Source: Eledone cirrhosa
Lineage: Eukaryota
DNA: 64,000 bases
Assembly: GCA_964016885.1 (NCBI GenBank)
Contig: OZ024745.1
Span: 96,534,001-96,598,000 of the forward strand
Reading direction: 5' to 3'
The position numbers were made by a program, and so were the translations under genes. Shown in pieces: positions 29,067 to 39,886 of this stretch (the stretch's first letter is position 1; every line of letters starts with the position of its first letter). Under the pieces are notes generated by a model. The model was not told the DNA's origin, made no database searches, and was given only the letters and a program-made list of their open reading frames with translations.

Positions 29067-32000
29067 TTCTTTATTTACCATAAAGGCATAAAAAGAAGGG
29101 ACAAATACAAAGGGGGAGTTTACATATAATCGAGTAAAAAGGGTGTAACATGAAAATAATCGAAAATAACCTCAAAAGGGAGGGGACGTGATGGGGGTTG
29201 CACACACCCCCGAAAAAGTGTGCAATCCTTTGCCCGGGGAGCACATGGAGAAGGTGCTCCCCTCTCCTTTACTTCTTTACCTACAGGATGGTATACAGAG
29301 AAGGCCCATTTACACGAGCCATTCTCGCCACTATCACCCACCTTTCATAAAACTGCCTGTGGCCAAGCACCTCTCTCTCCATTCTTATCCTTCTTCCGAA
29401 GTGATATCGGAAGAAGTAGACCAGACTATGGCCAGAGAGGAAGTTGCCTGACCTCAGACCTTTCAATCGTGTCCACCAAACAACCTCTTTCAACATGGCT
29501 ATTACGCACAGAAAAACCGCCTTTGCTTCCTTTGTGAAGAGGGGAGGCGGTTTGATTGTCATCACGGACTCGGCTGTCAATTTAATCGGCGCCACCCGCG
29601 ACAGCAGTTGTTCGGCGTAGCCCCACAGATCAGCCACGCCCGGACATTGCACCAATGCGTGCGCCACGGTTTCTTCGTGACGCACGCATCTAGGGCAAAT
29701 CTTTTTTGAGGGATCCCTGCCCGGGCGCCCGTGTCTGTAGAGCCTCTCTCGAACGGGTAGAGCCCCTCGGTAGCACTGCCAGGCCAGTGACTTCTGGAAG
29801 TTGTCCATTGGTCCTGGGCCGAAAGTCCTACCGAACAGGCTGGCCAGTTCGTCTTCTTCCATGTCCAGCGACTCTCCAAGGGTGTCATCGCCCCTGCTAG
29901 CCACCAGCCCTCTATAGAATGATGAGGTGGATTCTCCACCGATGGCCCGGCCCGCTTGCCAGAGAGCCCTGAGCGCCTGAGCACACTCAGTGTGCCAGTC
30001 TCCCAGTTTTCCGGATCTTTGCTTGACCCAGGACTGTAGCTCGGTGAGTGAGACGAGTCTCGGAAAGGCTCGTTTCACGAACGGAGCCCACACCGGTTGA
30101 CCAGTGAGGAATACCTGTAGGTGCCGTAGCCTTAATGCGTGCCTACGCATCATCAACCACGGCATCCCCAGCCCTCCTTTCGAAGGTTGTTGGCAGCAGA
30201 TGGATCTTCTCACCATAGGAGGACGCTTCTTCCAAAGAAATTGGAAGAGCATGCGTTCCATGGTGGTGAGTGTTTCCTTAGGGCAAGGCACGACAGTCAG
30301 GCGGTAGTAAGTGACGGACGCTATGTAAATGTTCGCCACCTCCGCCCGGCCTTTTAGGGACAGCTTACACTTGGCCCATTTCTGGGTTAGTGCAAACACC
30401 TTGTTCGTAACCTCGTTCCAGTTCTTTTCCACCTGGAGGTCCGGTCCAAACCAGACCCCAAGCAACTTTACCGGGCCCTCCGTCCAGTGTCCGACGACAC
30501 CATCGGGAGGCATCGGTCTGCCTCTCCACGTTCCGAGTTGCAGCCCGATGGATTTTTCCCGGTTCAGTTTCGCTCCTGACAACCTTTCGTACTCCTCCAG
30601 TAAGGTACCGATCGCCTCGATCTCCGAGTCGGTTGATACCATTACTGTTACGTCATCGGCGTAGGCCGACACCGCTTTGCTCAATCCTGGTTCCAGGGGG
30701 ATACCCTGCAACAACTCCAACTTCCTCAGTAAAGGCTCGAGAGTCAATACGTACAGAAGGGAGGAGAGAGGGCACCCCTGTCGAATGGATCGTGTGATTT
30801 CGAACGGCTTCGAAAGGTAGCCGTTCACCTTGATCCTAGAACAGATGTGGTTGCTATGTAGGGCAGTGATCCAGCCTCTGAAAACAGGACCGAACCCAGC
30901 CGCCGCTAGCACCGCATCCAGGTAACCATGGTCGACCCTATCGAAGGCCTTAGACTGATCCAAGTTGATCAGGGCCCCACCGAAGCCGGGTTTGTTGCCA
31001 ACCCTCTCTATGATGTATCGCATGAGGTGGAGGTTATCGTGAATGGACCTGGATGGGATAGCACATGTCTGCGCATCTCCCACCAGGCCACCCACGACAA
31101 GCGCCAACCTCTTTGCTAACACCTTGGCCAAAATCTTTAACTCTGTGTTTAGCAGGGTTATGGGCCGAAAATTATTTATACTATCCCCCTTGTTCTCGTC
31201 CTTCCTCACCAGCGTGACTACGCCCTTGGCTACAGAACAAGGAATTCTCCCGTTCTGCTGCCAATTGCAGTAGACCGCTTCGAGGAGTTCGGAGAAGAAG
31301 ACCGGCATTGCTAAATAAAGTTCGTAAGGTATACCATCGAGACCTGGAGATTTGCGTCTGCTGCATTGGCTCAGCGCATCTCCGATCTCATCAGCCGAGA
31401 TTGGTCCCTCGCAGGACTCCGCCTCTTTGTTCGAGAGACGCGGCAGGCCGTCGAGGTATGGACCGAAATCCACGCCCCGGCCCGGACCCTCGCCTCCCCC
31501 GAACAATCGGGCAAAGTGCTTTTGAAAGGCCTCGCACATCTGCTTAGGCTCCCGGATCACTCGTCCATCTTCGTCTTGCAACGACCGGATGGTGGATCGA
31601 TTTCCACTTTTAGCTTCTGTCACGCGGGCCCATCCAACGGCTTTGGCCCCCTCATTACCTAGAGCACGTATTTTACTTCGAATGACGCAGCCTTCATGCT
31701 TTGCATCGAAAAACTGGTTCAAGGCCGTCCTCGATGCCAGCACTCTGGCCACATCTTCGCTCTTGATTGCCTCTTCTAATTTACCTGTTAATTCTTTCTC
31801 GTTTCTATTCCTATTGGCAGCTAACATCTTGCTATAACTTATTGATTCTGTTCTAATCTCTCTTTTGAGAGATGCCCACCATCGGTTGTTGACGATTGCA
31901 CCCGTCAACCTCTCCTTAACTAATCTGCTAATCCGGTTTCTGTAAGTCTCTTTTGCCGGTAAAGACAAATTAAGTTTCCAGTAACCGGGACCCTGTCTAT

Positions 32001-32107
32001 GTGTTTTCTCGAGATTGACCACGCAGGTCACTAATTTGTGATCCGTGTAGCCAACCGTGCGCATTTCTGGACAGCTTAATATGTCCCTATCCTTACTTCT
32101 AACTAAG

Positions 32108-32109
<2 letters not shown>
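29066..32109 (-). mobile_element. L1-Tx1 LINE copy C, 5'-truncated within APE
   Basis: Uninterrupted ORF2 portion; truncation point joins (GATA)n. Confidence 0.95.
29281..32064 (-). CDS. Tx1-C ORF2 open frame (927 aa: end of APE, RT, CCHC); 5'-truncated, so not autonomous
   Basis: TDHK, KSPGLDG, NFRPITLLN, RQGCPLS, AYADD, CPRC...ETVAHALVQC; no internal stops. Confidence 0.9.
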   Translation of the reverse strand: MRTVGYTDHKLVTCVVNLEKTHRQGPGYWKLNLSLPAKETYRNRISRLVKERLTGAIVNNRWWASLKREIRTESISYSKMLAANRNRNEKELTGKLEEAIKSEDVARVLASRTALNQFFDAKHEGCVIRSKIRALGNEGAKAVGWARVTEAKSGNRSTIRSLQDEDGRVIREPKQMCEAFQKHFARLFGGGEGPGRGVDFGPYLDGLPRLSNKEAESCEGPISADEIGDALSQCSRRKSPGLDGIPYELYLAMPVFFSELLEAVYCNWQQNGRIPCSVAKGVVTLVRKDENKGDSINNFRPITLLNTELKILAKVLAKRLALVVGGLVGDAQTCAIPSRSIHDNLHLMRYIIERVGNKPGFGGALINLDQSKAFDRVDHGYLDAVLAAAGFGPVFRGWITALHSNHICSRIKVNGYLSKPFEITRSIRQGCPLSSLLYVLTLEPLLRKLELLQGIPLEPGLSKAVSAYADDVTVMVSTDSEIEAIGTLLEEYERLSGAKLNREKSIGLQLGTWRGRPMPPDGVVGHWTEGPVKLLGVWFGPDLQVEKNWNEVTNKVFALTQKWAKCKLSLKGRAEVANIYIASVTYYRLTVVPCPKETLTTMERMLFQFLWKKRPPMVRRSICCQQPSKGGLGMPWLMMRRHALRLRHLQVFLTGQPVWAPFVKRAFPRLVSLTELQSWVKQRSGKLGDWHTECAQALRALWQAGRAIGGESTSSFYRGLVASRGDDTLGESLDMEEDELASLFGRTFGPGPMDNFQKSLAWQCYRGALPVRERLYRHGRPGRDPSKKICPRCVRHEETVAHALVQCPGVADLWGYAEQLLSRVAPIKLTAESVMTIKPPPLFTKEAKAVFLCVIAMLKEVVWWTRLKGLRSGNFLSGHSLVYFFRYHFGRRIRMEREVLGHRQFYERWVIVARMARVNGPSLYTIL

Positions 32110-32157
<48 letters not shown>
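32110..32157. repeat. (GATA)n spacer between Tx1-C and Tx1-D
   Basis: 12 GATA units. Confidence 0.95.
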
Positions 32158-32158
<1 letters not shown>

Positions 32159-32389
32159 ATTTCTATTTATTTGCCACGAGGGCACAAAAGAAGGGGACAT
32201 TTACACAGTGGGGGAGTTTACATAAATCGAGTAAAGAAAAAAGGAATAACAATAATAATATAACAATAAAAAGTCCTCAAAAGGGAGGGGGCGTGTTGGG
32301 GATTGCACATACCCCCGAAAAGTGTGCAACTCTTTTCGCGGGGGAAGCCCAGAGAGGAGGCGCTCCCCCCTTCCTCTTCACTTCTTCAC

Positions 32390-35300
32390 CTACAGAACAA
32401 TGTAGAGAGAAGGCCCATTTACACGGGCCATTCTCGCTTCTTTCACCCACCTTTCATAAAACTGTCTGGGACCAAGCACTTCTCTCTCCATCCTGATTCT
32501 TCTTCCGAAGTGGTATCGGAAGAAGTAAACCAGGTGGTGGCCGGAGAGAAAGTCACCCGACCTCAGACCTTTCAGGCGCGTCCACCACACAACCTCTTTC
32601 ATCATGGCTATTACGCACAGAAAGACCGCCTCTGCTTCATTTCTGAAGGGAGGAGGCGGCTTGATGTTCACCACAGACTCGGCGGTTAATCGAATCGGCG
32701 CCACACGCGACAGCAGTCGTTCGACGTAGCCCCACAGATCGGCAACGCCTGGGCAGTGTACCAGTGCATGCGCAACGGTTTCCTCGTCGCGCACGCATCT
32801 GGGACAGATCTTTTTCGCGGGATCCCTGCCCGGGCGCCCGTGTCTGTAGAGCTTTTCTCGAACGGGCAGAGCCCCCCGGTAACACTGCCAGGCTAGGGAC
32901 CTCTGGAAGTTGTCCATGGGTCCCGGGCCGAAAGTTCTACCGAACAGGCTGGCCAGTTCGTCCTCCTCCATGCCTAGCGACTCTCCAAGGGTGTCGTCGC
33001 CCCTGCTAGCCACCAACCCTCTATAGAATGTCGAGGTGGATTCTCCACTGACAGTCGGGTCCGCTTGCCAGATAGCCGTGAGCGCCTGGGCACACTCGGT
33101 GTGCCAGTTGCCCAGTTTTCTCGGTCTTTGCTTCACCCAGGATTGCAGTTCGGTGAGCGAGACGAGCTGTGGGAAGGCTCGCCTCACAAACGGGGCCCAC
33201 ACCAGCTGACCGTTGAGGAATACCTGTAGATGCCGTAGCCTCAATGCGTACCTACGCATCAACAGCCACGGCATACCCAGCCCTCCTTTCGAAGGGTGCT
33301 GGCAGCAGATGGATCTCCTCACCATGGGAGGCCGCTTCTTCCAGAGGAACTGGAAGAGCATGCGTTCCATGATGGTGAGCTTTTCCTTGGGGCAAGGCAC
33401 GACGGTCAGGCGGTAGTAGATGACGGACGCTATGTAAGCGTTCGTCACCTCCGCCCGACCTTTCAGTGATAGTTTGCACTTGGCCCACTTCTGGGTCAGC
33501 GCAAACACCCTGCTCGTCACCTCGCCCCAATTCTTCTCCACCTGGAGGTCCGGTCCGAACCAGACCCCGAGCAGCTTCACCGGGCCCTCCGTCCACCGCC
33601 CGACGACACCGTCTAACGGCATCGGTTTGCCCCTCCACGTTCCGAGTTGCAAACCGACTGACTTGTCCTGGTTCAGCTTAGCCCCCGTCAGCCTTTCGTA
33701 TTCCTCCAGTAGGGTGGCGATCGCCCCGATTTCCGAGGCGTCCGCCACCATTACTGTTACGTCGTCGGCATAGGCCGAGACCGCTTTGTGCAATCCCGGT
33801 TCCAGGGGTATGCCCCGCAGCAACTCCAACTTCCGCAGCAGTGGCTCGAGAGTCAATACGTACAGAAGGGAGGAGAGGGGGCACCCCTGTCTGATGGATC
33901 GGGTGATTTGAAACGGCTCCGAGAGGTAGCCGTTTACTTTAATCCTAGAGTAGATGTTGCCACTGTGCATGGCAGAAATCCAGCCCCTGAAAACGAGTCC
34001 GAAGCCCGCCGCCGCTAGCACCGCATCCAGGTAACCATGGTCGACCCTATCGAACGCCTTAGATTGATCCAAGTTGATCAGGGCCCCACCAAAGCCGGGT
34101 TCGTAGCCAACCCTCTCTATGATGTATCGCATGAGGTGGAGGTTGTCGTGAATGGACCTGGACGGGATATCGCATGTCTGCGCGTCTCCCACCAAACCAC
34201 CCACCACAAGCGCCAACCTCTTCGCCAACACCTTGGCCAAAATCTGTAACTCTGCATTCAGCAGAGTTATGGGCCTAAAGTTACTTAAGTCGTCCCCCTT
34301 GCTCTCGTCCTTCCTCACTAGCGTGACCACGCCCTTGGTCACAGAACAGGGAATTCTCCCGTTCTGTTGCCAGTTGCAATAGACAGCCTCGAGGAGTTCG
34401 GAGAACAAGACCGGCATAGCTAAATAAAGTTCGTATGGTAGACCATCGAGACCCGGGGATTTGCGTCTGCTGCATTGGCTGAGCGCTTCCCCGATTTCAG
34501 TGGCTGTGATTGGCCTTTCGCAGCACTCCGCTTCGCCGCTCGAAAGACGCGGTAGACCGTCGAGGTATGGACCGAAGTCCACATCCCCGTCTGGCCCCCC
34601 GCCACCTCCGAACAGTCGAGCAAAGTGCCTTTGAAAGGTCTCGCACATTCGCTCAGGTTCAAGGATCACCCGTCCATCCTGGTCTCGCAAAGACCGAATG
34701 GTGGATTTAATCCCACTCTTGGCTTCTGTCACGCGGGCCCAGTTAACAGCTTTGGTCCCCTCGTTTCCTAAAGCATGTATTTTACTTCGGACAACGCAGC
34801 CTTCGTGCTTCGCGTCAAAGAACTGGCTCAATGCCGTTCTCGTCGCTAACACTCTGGCTACGTCTCCGCTCCTAATCGCCTCTTCTAGTTTATCTGTTAA
34901 CTCCCTTTCCTTCCTATTTCTATTCGCCGCTAGTTCCTTACTGTAACCTATCGAACTTACTCTAATCTCTCTCTTTAGAGATACCCACCACCTACTGTTG
35001 ACGATCGCTCCCGTCAACCGCATCTTAACTAAGCTACTAATCCGGTTTCTGTAATCTTTCTTTGTCGGTAAGGACAAGTTCATCTTCCAGTAACCGGGAC
35101 CCTGTCTATGCGTTCTATCAAGGTTGACCACGCAGGTCACTAATTTGTGATCTGAATAGCCAACCATGATCAGTTCTGGACAACTAAATACGTCCCTATC
35201 CTTACTCCTAACCAAAAACCTATCTAGGTACGATCTAGATTGTCCACTGCGGTTTGCCCAGGTCCAGGTTGGCGCAGTTGGACAATCTAGTCGAAATCTA

Positions 35301-35829
35301 TCGACCAGGTCGAATCGATCGAGTAACCCCTTGAGGCTGCTACACCCCCCTCTATCGGGACATGCCCCTGCATAGTCCCAACGCGCATCTAGGATTCCAT
35401 TCCAGTCCCCCACTAAAAGCAGGGAACGCGACGTTCCTAGAAAAGTCTCCAGACGCTGGAAGAAGTCGGCTCTTTCCGCCCCGAAGGGAGCATAAAGACC
35501 GACCAGTCTGAAAGCCCCGCCTTCACCGCCTCCGACGTCCAGCACCAGTAATCGACCCCCCGGGTCCGAGTGAACAATCTGTACGTCGAGAGTCAGACGT
35601 TTATCCAGCAGTACGGCAACTCCCCCCCCCCACCTCCGGGTTGACAGAGAGATGCGTGCATCTCAAAGTCATCGAAGGCGGGCGCCAGCTGTCTCACGCT
35701 GCTGATCCGACTCTCGCAAACAACCATCACATCTATACTTTGTGACCTGAGGTCACTTAGAAGCTTTGCTTGCTTCCAAGCTGAGCCCAGGCCACGCGCG
35801 TTCAAACAGCCAACTCTCAATTGATCTAT
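32390..35829 (-). CDS. Tx1-D ORF2 (APE-RT-CCHC); 1051-aa open frame 32390-35545 plus N-terminus 35593-35829 across a poly-G frameshift
   Basis: CLNARGLG, VCESR, GDWN, SYLDR, SDH; all RT motifs; start appears as ATA; 1-nt shift in the G run near 35622-35631. Confidence 0.92.
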
Positions 35830-36334
35830 TTTGGTGTTGAAAGTGAAGAAAGAAAAGCACTTACCTCTCCGGGTTGCGTAATTTCCATGGCATCAGGTGT
35901 GTTGGGTGGAGGGATGTTTTGTGGTGGTGTGGGGGTACACGTGTGTGGTGGGGTTGGGGTATTTGGAGTTGTGTCAGGGAGAGGAGCGGTTATGGGGAAA
36001 TCTTTCAAGAGGACGCGATTCAACGGTTTTAAACAGGGGGGGGGGCTCACGTCCCGTCTAAATTGTTCTTTTAAGGAACGATAAAGGTCCAGAGGGACCT
36101 TTATCATTTTTAAATGGGTGAAGTTCTCTGTTGAGATAAAGTTTGGCCCTTCGGTCTGCACCATAGGGTTATTGTTTATTAATTTAACCAGTTTTTTGTT
36201 TTCTTTATTTATATATGTGTATTGCAACGTTTTTTTTTGTGATGCTGTCAATGTTTCGGAGAGGGGAGGCGCAGATTTATTTTTGTTTGTTGAGGGTGGG
36301 GTGTTTTTGATTGGAGTTGGTGTTTGTGTGTGGG

Positions 36335-37693
36335 TTATTTGTGGTGTGCTGGGTGTGTGTTTTCTTTTTTTTCTTTTAACTTGTCTGAAGGCTTCTCCTC
36401 CTTCTTCTTCAGAAGTTGGGGGAAACTCTTCAGCGCTAGGTGGGAGGGACGTGTTGTGTGGTTGTTTTTTTTTGCGGGAGGGGTAGATTTGTTACTGTTT
36501 TTTTTATTATTTGTTTGGAATGGGTTTTGTGGTGGTGGTGGTAATGTTTGTGTCGTGCTTGTGGTTGGTGATGGTGGTGGTGATGTTTGTGTTGTGGTTG
36601 GTGGTGGTGATTTTTGTGTCGTGCTTGTGTTTGGTGCTGGTGGTGGTGATGTTTGTGTTGTGTTTGTGGTTGGTGGTGTCTGTATTTTGTTTGCTGTGTG
36701 TGGTATTAGTGTATTTTTGGAGGTGGGTGGTGTTGGTGTACTGTTTGTGGTGGGTGTGGGCAATAGTCCTTTTTGGGGGATACGTTTCGGGCAGTTAGCC
36801 TTAACGTGTCCCCTTTCCATGCATAAATAGCATGCTGGTCTTCTCCCCTCTACAATTATGTCTATTGGGGTAAGGTCATCCAACCAGATGCGATCCGGGA
36901 TTTGTGCTATTCTTTCGGGCCTCATTTGGACTAGTATGTCGAGGCCCATTCCCAGGAACGCATCTCCAGTTGCCTTCCCCATTGACAGCATTGTGTCTTC
37001 GCCCATATCAATGAAGCCAGCAATAGCCCACCAGAAGTCCATTGTGGGCAGCATTGTTTTTACTTTTACTCTCTGTGTTCTTCTACCCATGTAGGAGGGA
37101 TAGAAGCTATATGTTGTCGATGAGAGTGGGCTTAGGGGAAGCTTCTCCGCCGTTTCTTTGTCTCTTGTTAGGACCGAAATGCTGCCATAGAGTCGGTCCT
37201 TTCGTATGAAGAGAATATTCTTCATATAGTCTTTTAGGACTAACTCTATTTCCATTTGGCTGGGCTGTGCTGGCTTTCTTGTCTGGTTCAGTATAGTTCT
37301 GTAGAGAACTGTGTTTTCTGCTCTGGCTTTCTTGAATTCTGGGGGGGGGGGGGAGTTAATGGAAAACATTCCGTTCTCCCCCAAAACAATGTGTTTCTTT
37401 GCTTCAGCCAGTTTTTCTCTGGCGGCAGTTAGGTCAATTGGTGTGTATGTAATGGATTGTTTTGTTTTCTGGGCGAAAGTTGCCCTGTCGTTATTTGTAT
37501 TATTTTCTGTTTGTTTGTTTTCTGTTTGCTCATTTTCCTTAACATTTGTTTTTTCCTTTTCTTTGTTTGTTTCAATGTCTAATTTTGTTGTAATTATTTT
37601 TTGTTCTTCAGACTTGGGGGGCGTGGCAGAGCTAATGGCAGACATGTCTGCCATCTTTTCCGCCATGCTGCCAAGAAAGAAATTTTTCGGCAA
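36335..37693 (-). CDS. Tx1-D ORF1 nucleic-acid-binding protein (continues 35826-36251 after a frameshift)
   Basis: ATFAQK, VEGRRPACYLCMERGHVKANCP zinc knuckle, TTQTSPPP repeats; homologous to B ORF1. Confidence 0.9.
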   Translation of the reverse strand: MPKNFFLGSMAEKMADMSAISSATPPKSEEQKIITTKLDIETNKEKEKTNVKENEQTENKQTENNTNNDRATFAQKTKQSITYTPIDLTAAREKLAEAKKHIVLGENGMFSINSPPPPEFKKARAENTVLYRTILNQTRKPAQPSQMEIELVLKDYMKNILFIRKDRLYGSISVLTRDKETAEKLPLSPLSSTTYSFYPSYMGRRTQRVKVKTMLPTMDFWWAIAGFIDMGEDTMLSMGKATGDAFLGMGLDILVQMRPERIAQIPDRIWLDDLTPIDIIVEGRRPACYLCMERGHVKANCPKRIPQKGLLPTPTTNSTPTPPTSKNTLIPHTANKIQTPPTTNTTQTSPPPAPNTSTTQKSPPPTTTQTSPPPSPTTSTTQTLPPPPQNPFQTNNKKNSNKSTPPAKKNNHTTRPSHLALKSFPQLLKKKEEKPSDKLKEKKENTHPAHHK

Positions 37694-38081
37694 AAATAGA
37701 TATTTATTTTACCCCCTAAAAAGGGGGTAAATGCAAAAATGTTTCCCTAAATAACAGGGGTTAGTGTTCCAAATGTGTTGCACTAAAAAATTTATCCGGT
37801 ACTTACAATAGTAAGGGTAAATCCCGATGGAATAGCGGAGCCGATGCGAAGCGTGTCTTACTCTATCAAGATAGATAGATAGATAGATAAGTCCAGTAAA
37901 TCATGTCCACAGGGATGATAGTATGAACGAACATTATAGTGAATTTACGATCAATCAGACGTTTAGTGTAAATGTTCTACAATATTTTAATCCTCTAGAC
38001 GGTTTTAAACGATTTGCTATGCGATAAAGAAATAAATGAATAATTAAATAAATAAAATAAAATAAATAACATAAATAGAGA

Positions 38082-38270
38082 AATAATTGTTTCTATATTT
38101 GGCACAAGGCCAGCAATTACCCAGTACATTACTGGTACTTTATTTTATCGACCCCCGTAAGGATGAAAGGCAAAGTTAACCTTGGCGGGATTTGAACTCA
38201 GATCATAAAGGGACGTAACTCTATGCTTCAAAGCATGGTGTCCGACTCTCTACCGATACTGCCAATCCAC
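38082..38270 (-). mobile_element. tRNA-derived SINE with Nin/Deu-like central domain
   Basis: A-box-like TGGCAGTATCGG, B box GAGTTCAAATCC, core gccaaggttaactttgcctttcatccttacggggtcgataaaataaagtaccag; at least 8 copies in the window. Confidence 0.85.
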
Positions 38271-38279
38271 CTAAATAAT

Positions 38280-39700
38280 GGTTTCATTTATTGGCCACAA
38301 GGGCCGAGATATAGGGGACAATACAAAAGAGAGGGACAGTGGGGGTTTACATATACAACGTGTAAACAATATGAATAACAATAACAAAATAACAATAAAA
38401 ATACAAGGAAAATTCCCCAATAGGGGGGATAACCACCCAGGGTTCACTCAGGTACCCCACCAATCCTGAACCATCCGACGCTTCGAGAGCACCCGGGAAG
38501 GGCACCCCCTCTCCTCCTCAAATTCACCCACCTACAGGCACATGGTCAGAGTAGGCCCACTCACACGGGCCATTCTCGCCACATCCATCCACATTTTAGC
38601 AAATGGGGGGGGGGGGGGAGGCATCACTTCTCTCTCCACCCTCACCTTCCTTTCCAGGAAAAATTTGAAGAAGTTGATGAAGGATTGGCCGAAGAGAAAA
38701 GTGTCTGCCTTCAGTCCTTTCAACCCGGTCCACCATACAACCTCTTTCGTTACAGCCACCAGACAGAGGAAAATTGCTTACTCTTCCTGGCCAAAAGAAG
38801 GCGGCGGGTCGATCTTCACTATGGACTCGGCCGATAGCCGGATCCGTTCTAAACACTACAACAGCTGTTCGACATAACTCCACAAGTCAGTAATGCACGG
38901 ACATTGGACGAGTGCGTGCAGAACGGTTTCGTCGCTTTGCGCGCATCCCGGCCAGGTCTGTCTGACAGCCCTTCCGTTTCTGTTTAGTTTATCTCGAACC
39001 GGCAGTGTCCCCCCGCCCCGATAGCACTGCCAAGCGAGGGATTTCTGGAAGTTATTCATCGTCCCCGACTCGAAAGTCCTCCTGAACAGACTGGTCAGTT
39101 CGACCTCGTCGACGCCCAGAGCCTCCCCGAGTGCGTCGTCGCACTTGCCCGCCACTAATTCTCTATAGAACTCGAGAGTGGAAGTTCCACTGACCGCATT
39201 GCCCGCCTGGTAGAGGGCGATGAGTGCCTGGCAACATTCCAAATGCCAGTCACCTAGTCTTGGTCTCTTCTTAACCCAGGACTGGAGCACAGTCAAAGAG
39301 ACGAGCTGCAGAAAGACCCGTCTGATAAACGGCGACCACACCTGTTCACCGTTTAGACAGAATATCTGGAGATGCCGCAGCCTCAGCGCATGTCTGCGCA
39401 TCATTAGCCACAGCATTCCAGCCCTCCGTGTAGAGGGTGCTGGCAGTAGATGGACCGCCTCACCAACAGGACCCGTCCCCTCCACTGGAATTTGAAGAGG
39501 ATCCGCATTCGCTACCTCCGCCCAACCTTTCAGTGATAGCTTCCTCGCAGCCCATTTATGAGTGAGACTGGCAACCTTGCTCGTTACCTCGTCCAAATTC
39601 TTATCCACCTAGAGGTCTGTTTCGAACCAAACCTCGAGCAACTTTACTGGTGCGTCAGTCCATCGCCCAACGACGCTGTTGGACGGCATGGACTTGCCTA
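38280..39700 (-). mobile_element. L1-Tx1 LINE copy E, 3' fragment of the A/F subfamily
   Basis: Homologous to the C-terminal part of A ORF2 (NFQKSLAWQCYRG, ARVSGPTLTMCL); AATAAATGAAACCATTATT end; 5' junction next to taatagtaataataa. Confidence 0.9.
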
Positions 39701-39886
39701 TCCAGTAATAGTAATAATAAAGCCGGAAAGATATGGCAGTTCCTTGTTCAGGTTGTATGACGTATTGTCTAAAAGAAAAGTTTTTTTATGCAAAGTTTTG
39801 TGTTTAGATATCTATCTCGCCATTCCGGAATTCTAGACATTTTAATCCAAGAAATATTGAAATATATAAAAGTCCTTATTATATGG

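Larger units (their letters stand above)
32158..37869 (-). mobile_element. L1-Tx1 LINE copy D, full length (about 5.7 kb), nearly intact
   Basis: 5' UTR, ORF1, ORF2, 3' UTR; (GATA)n at 32110-32157 and 37870-37889. Confidence 0.96.

Noticed and set aside
29577-35375. Antisense and alternative-frame ORFs recurring in Tx1 copies
   Set aside because: Expected shadows of GC-rich ORF2 codons; conserved only through homology of the sense ORF.
38082-38270. tRNA genes
   Set aside because: A/B boxes belong to SINE heads; no cloverleaf.
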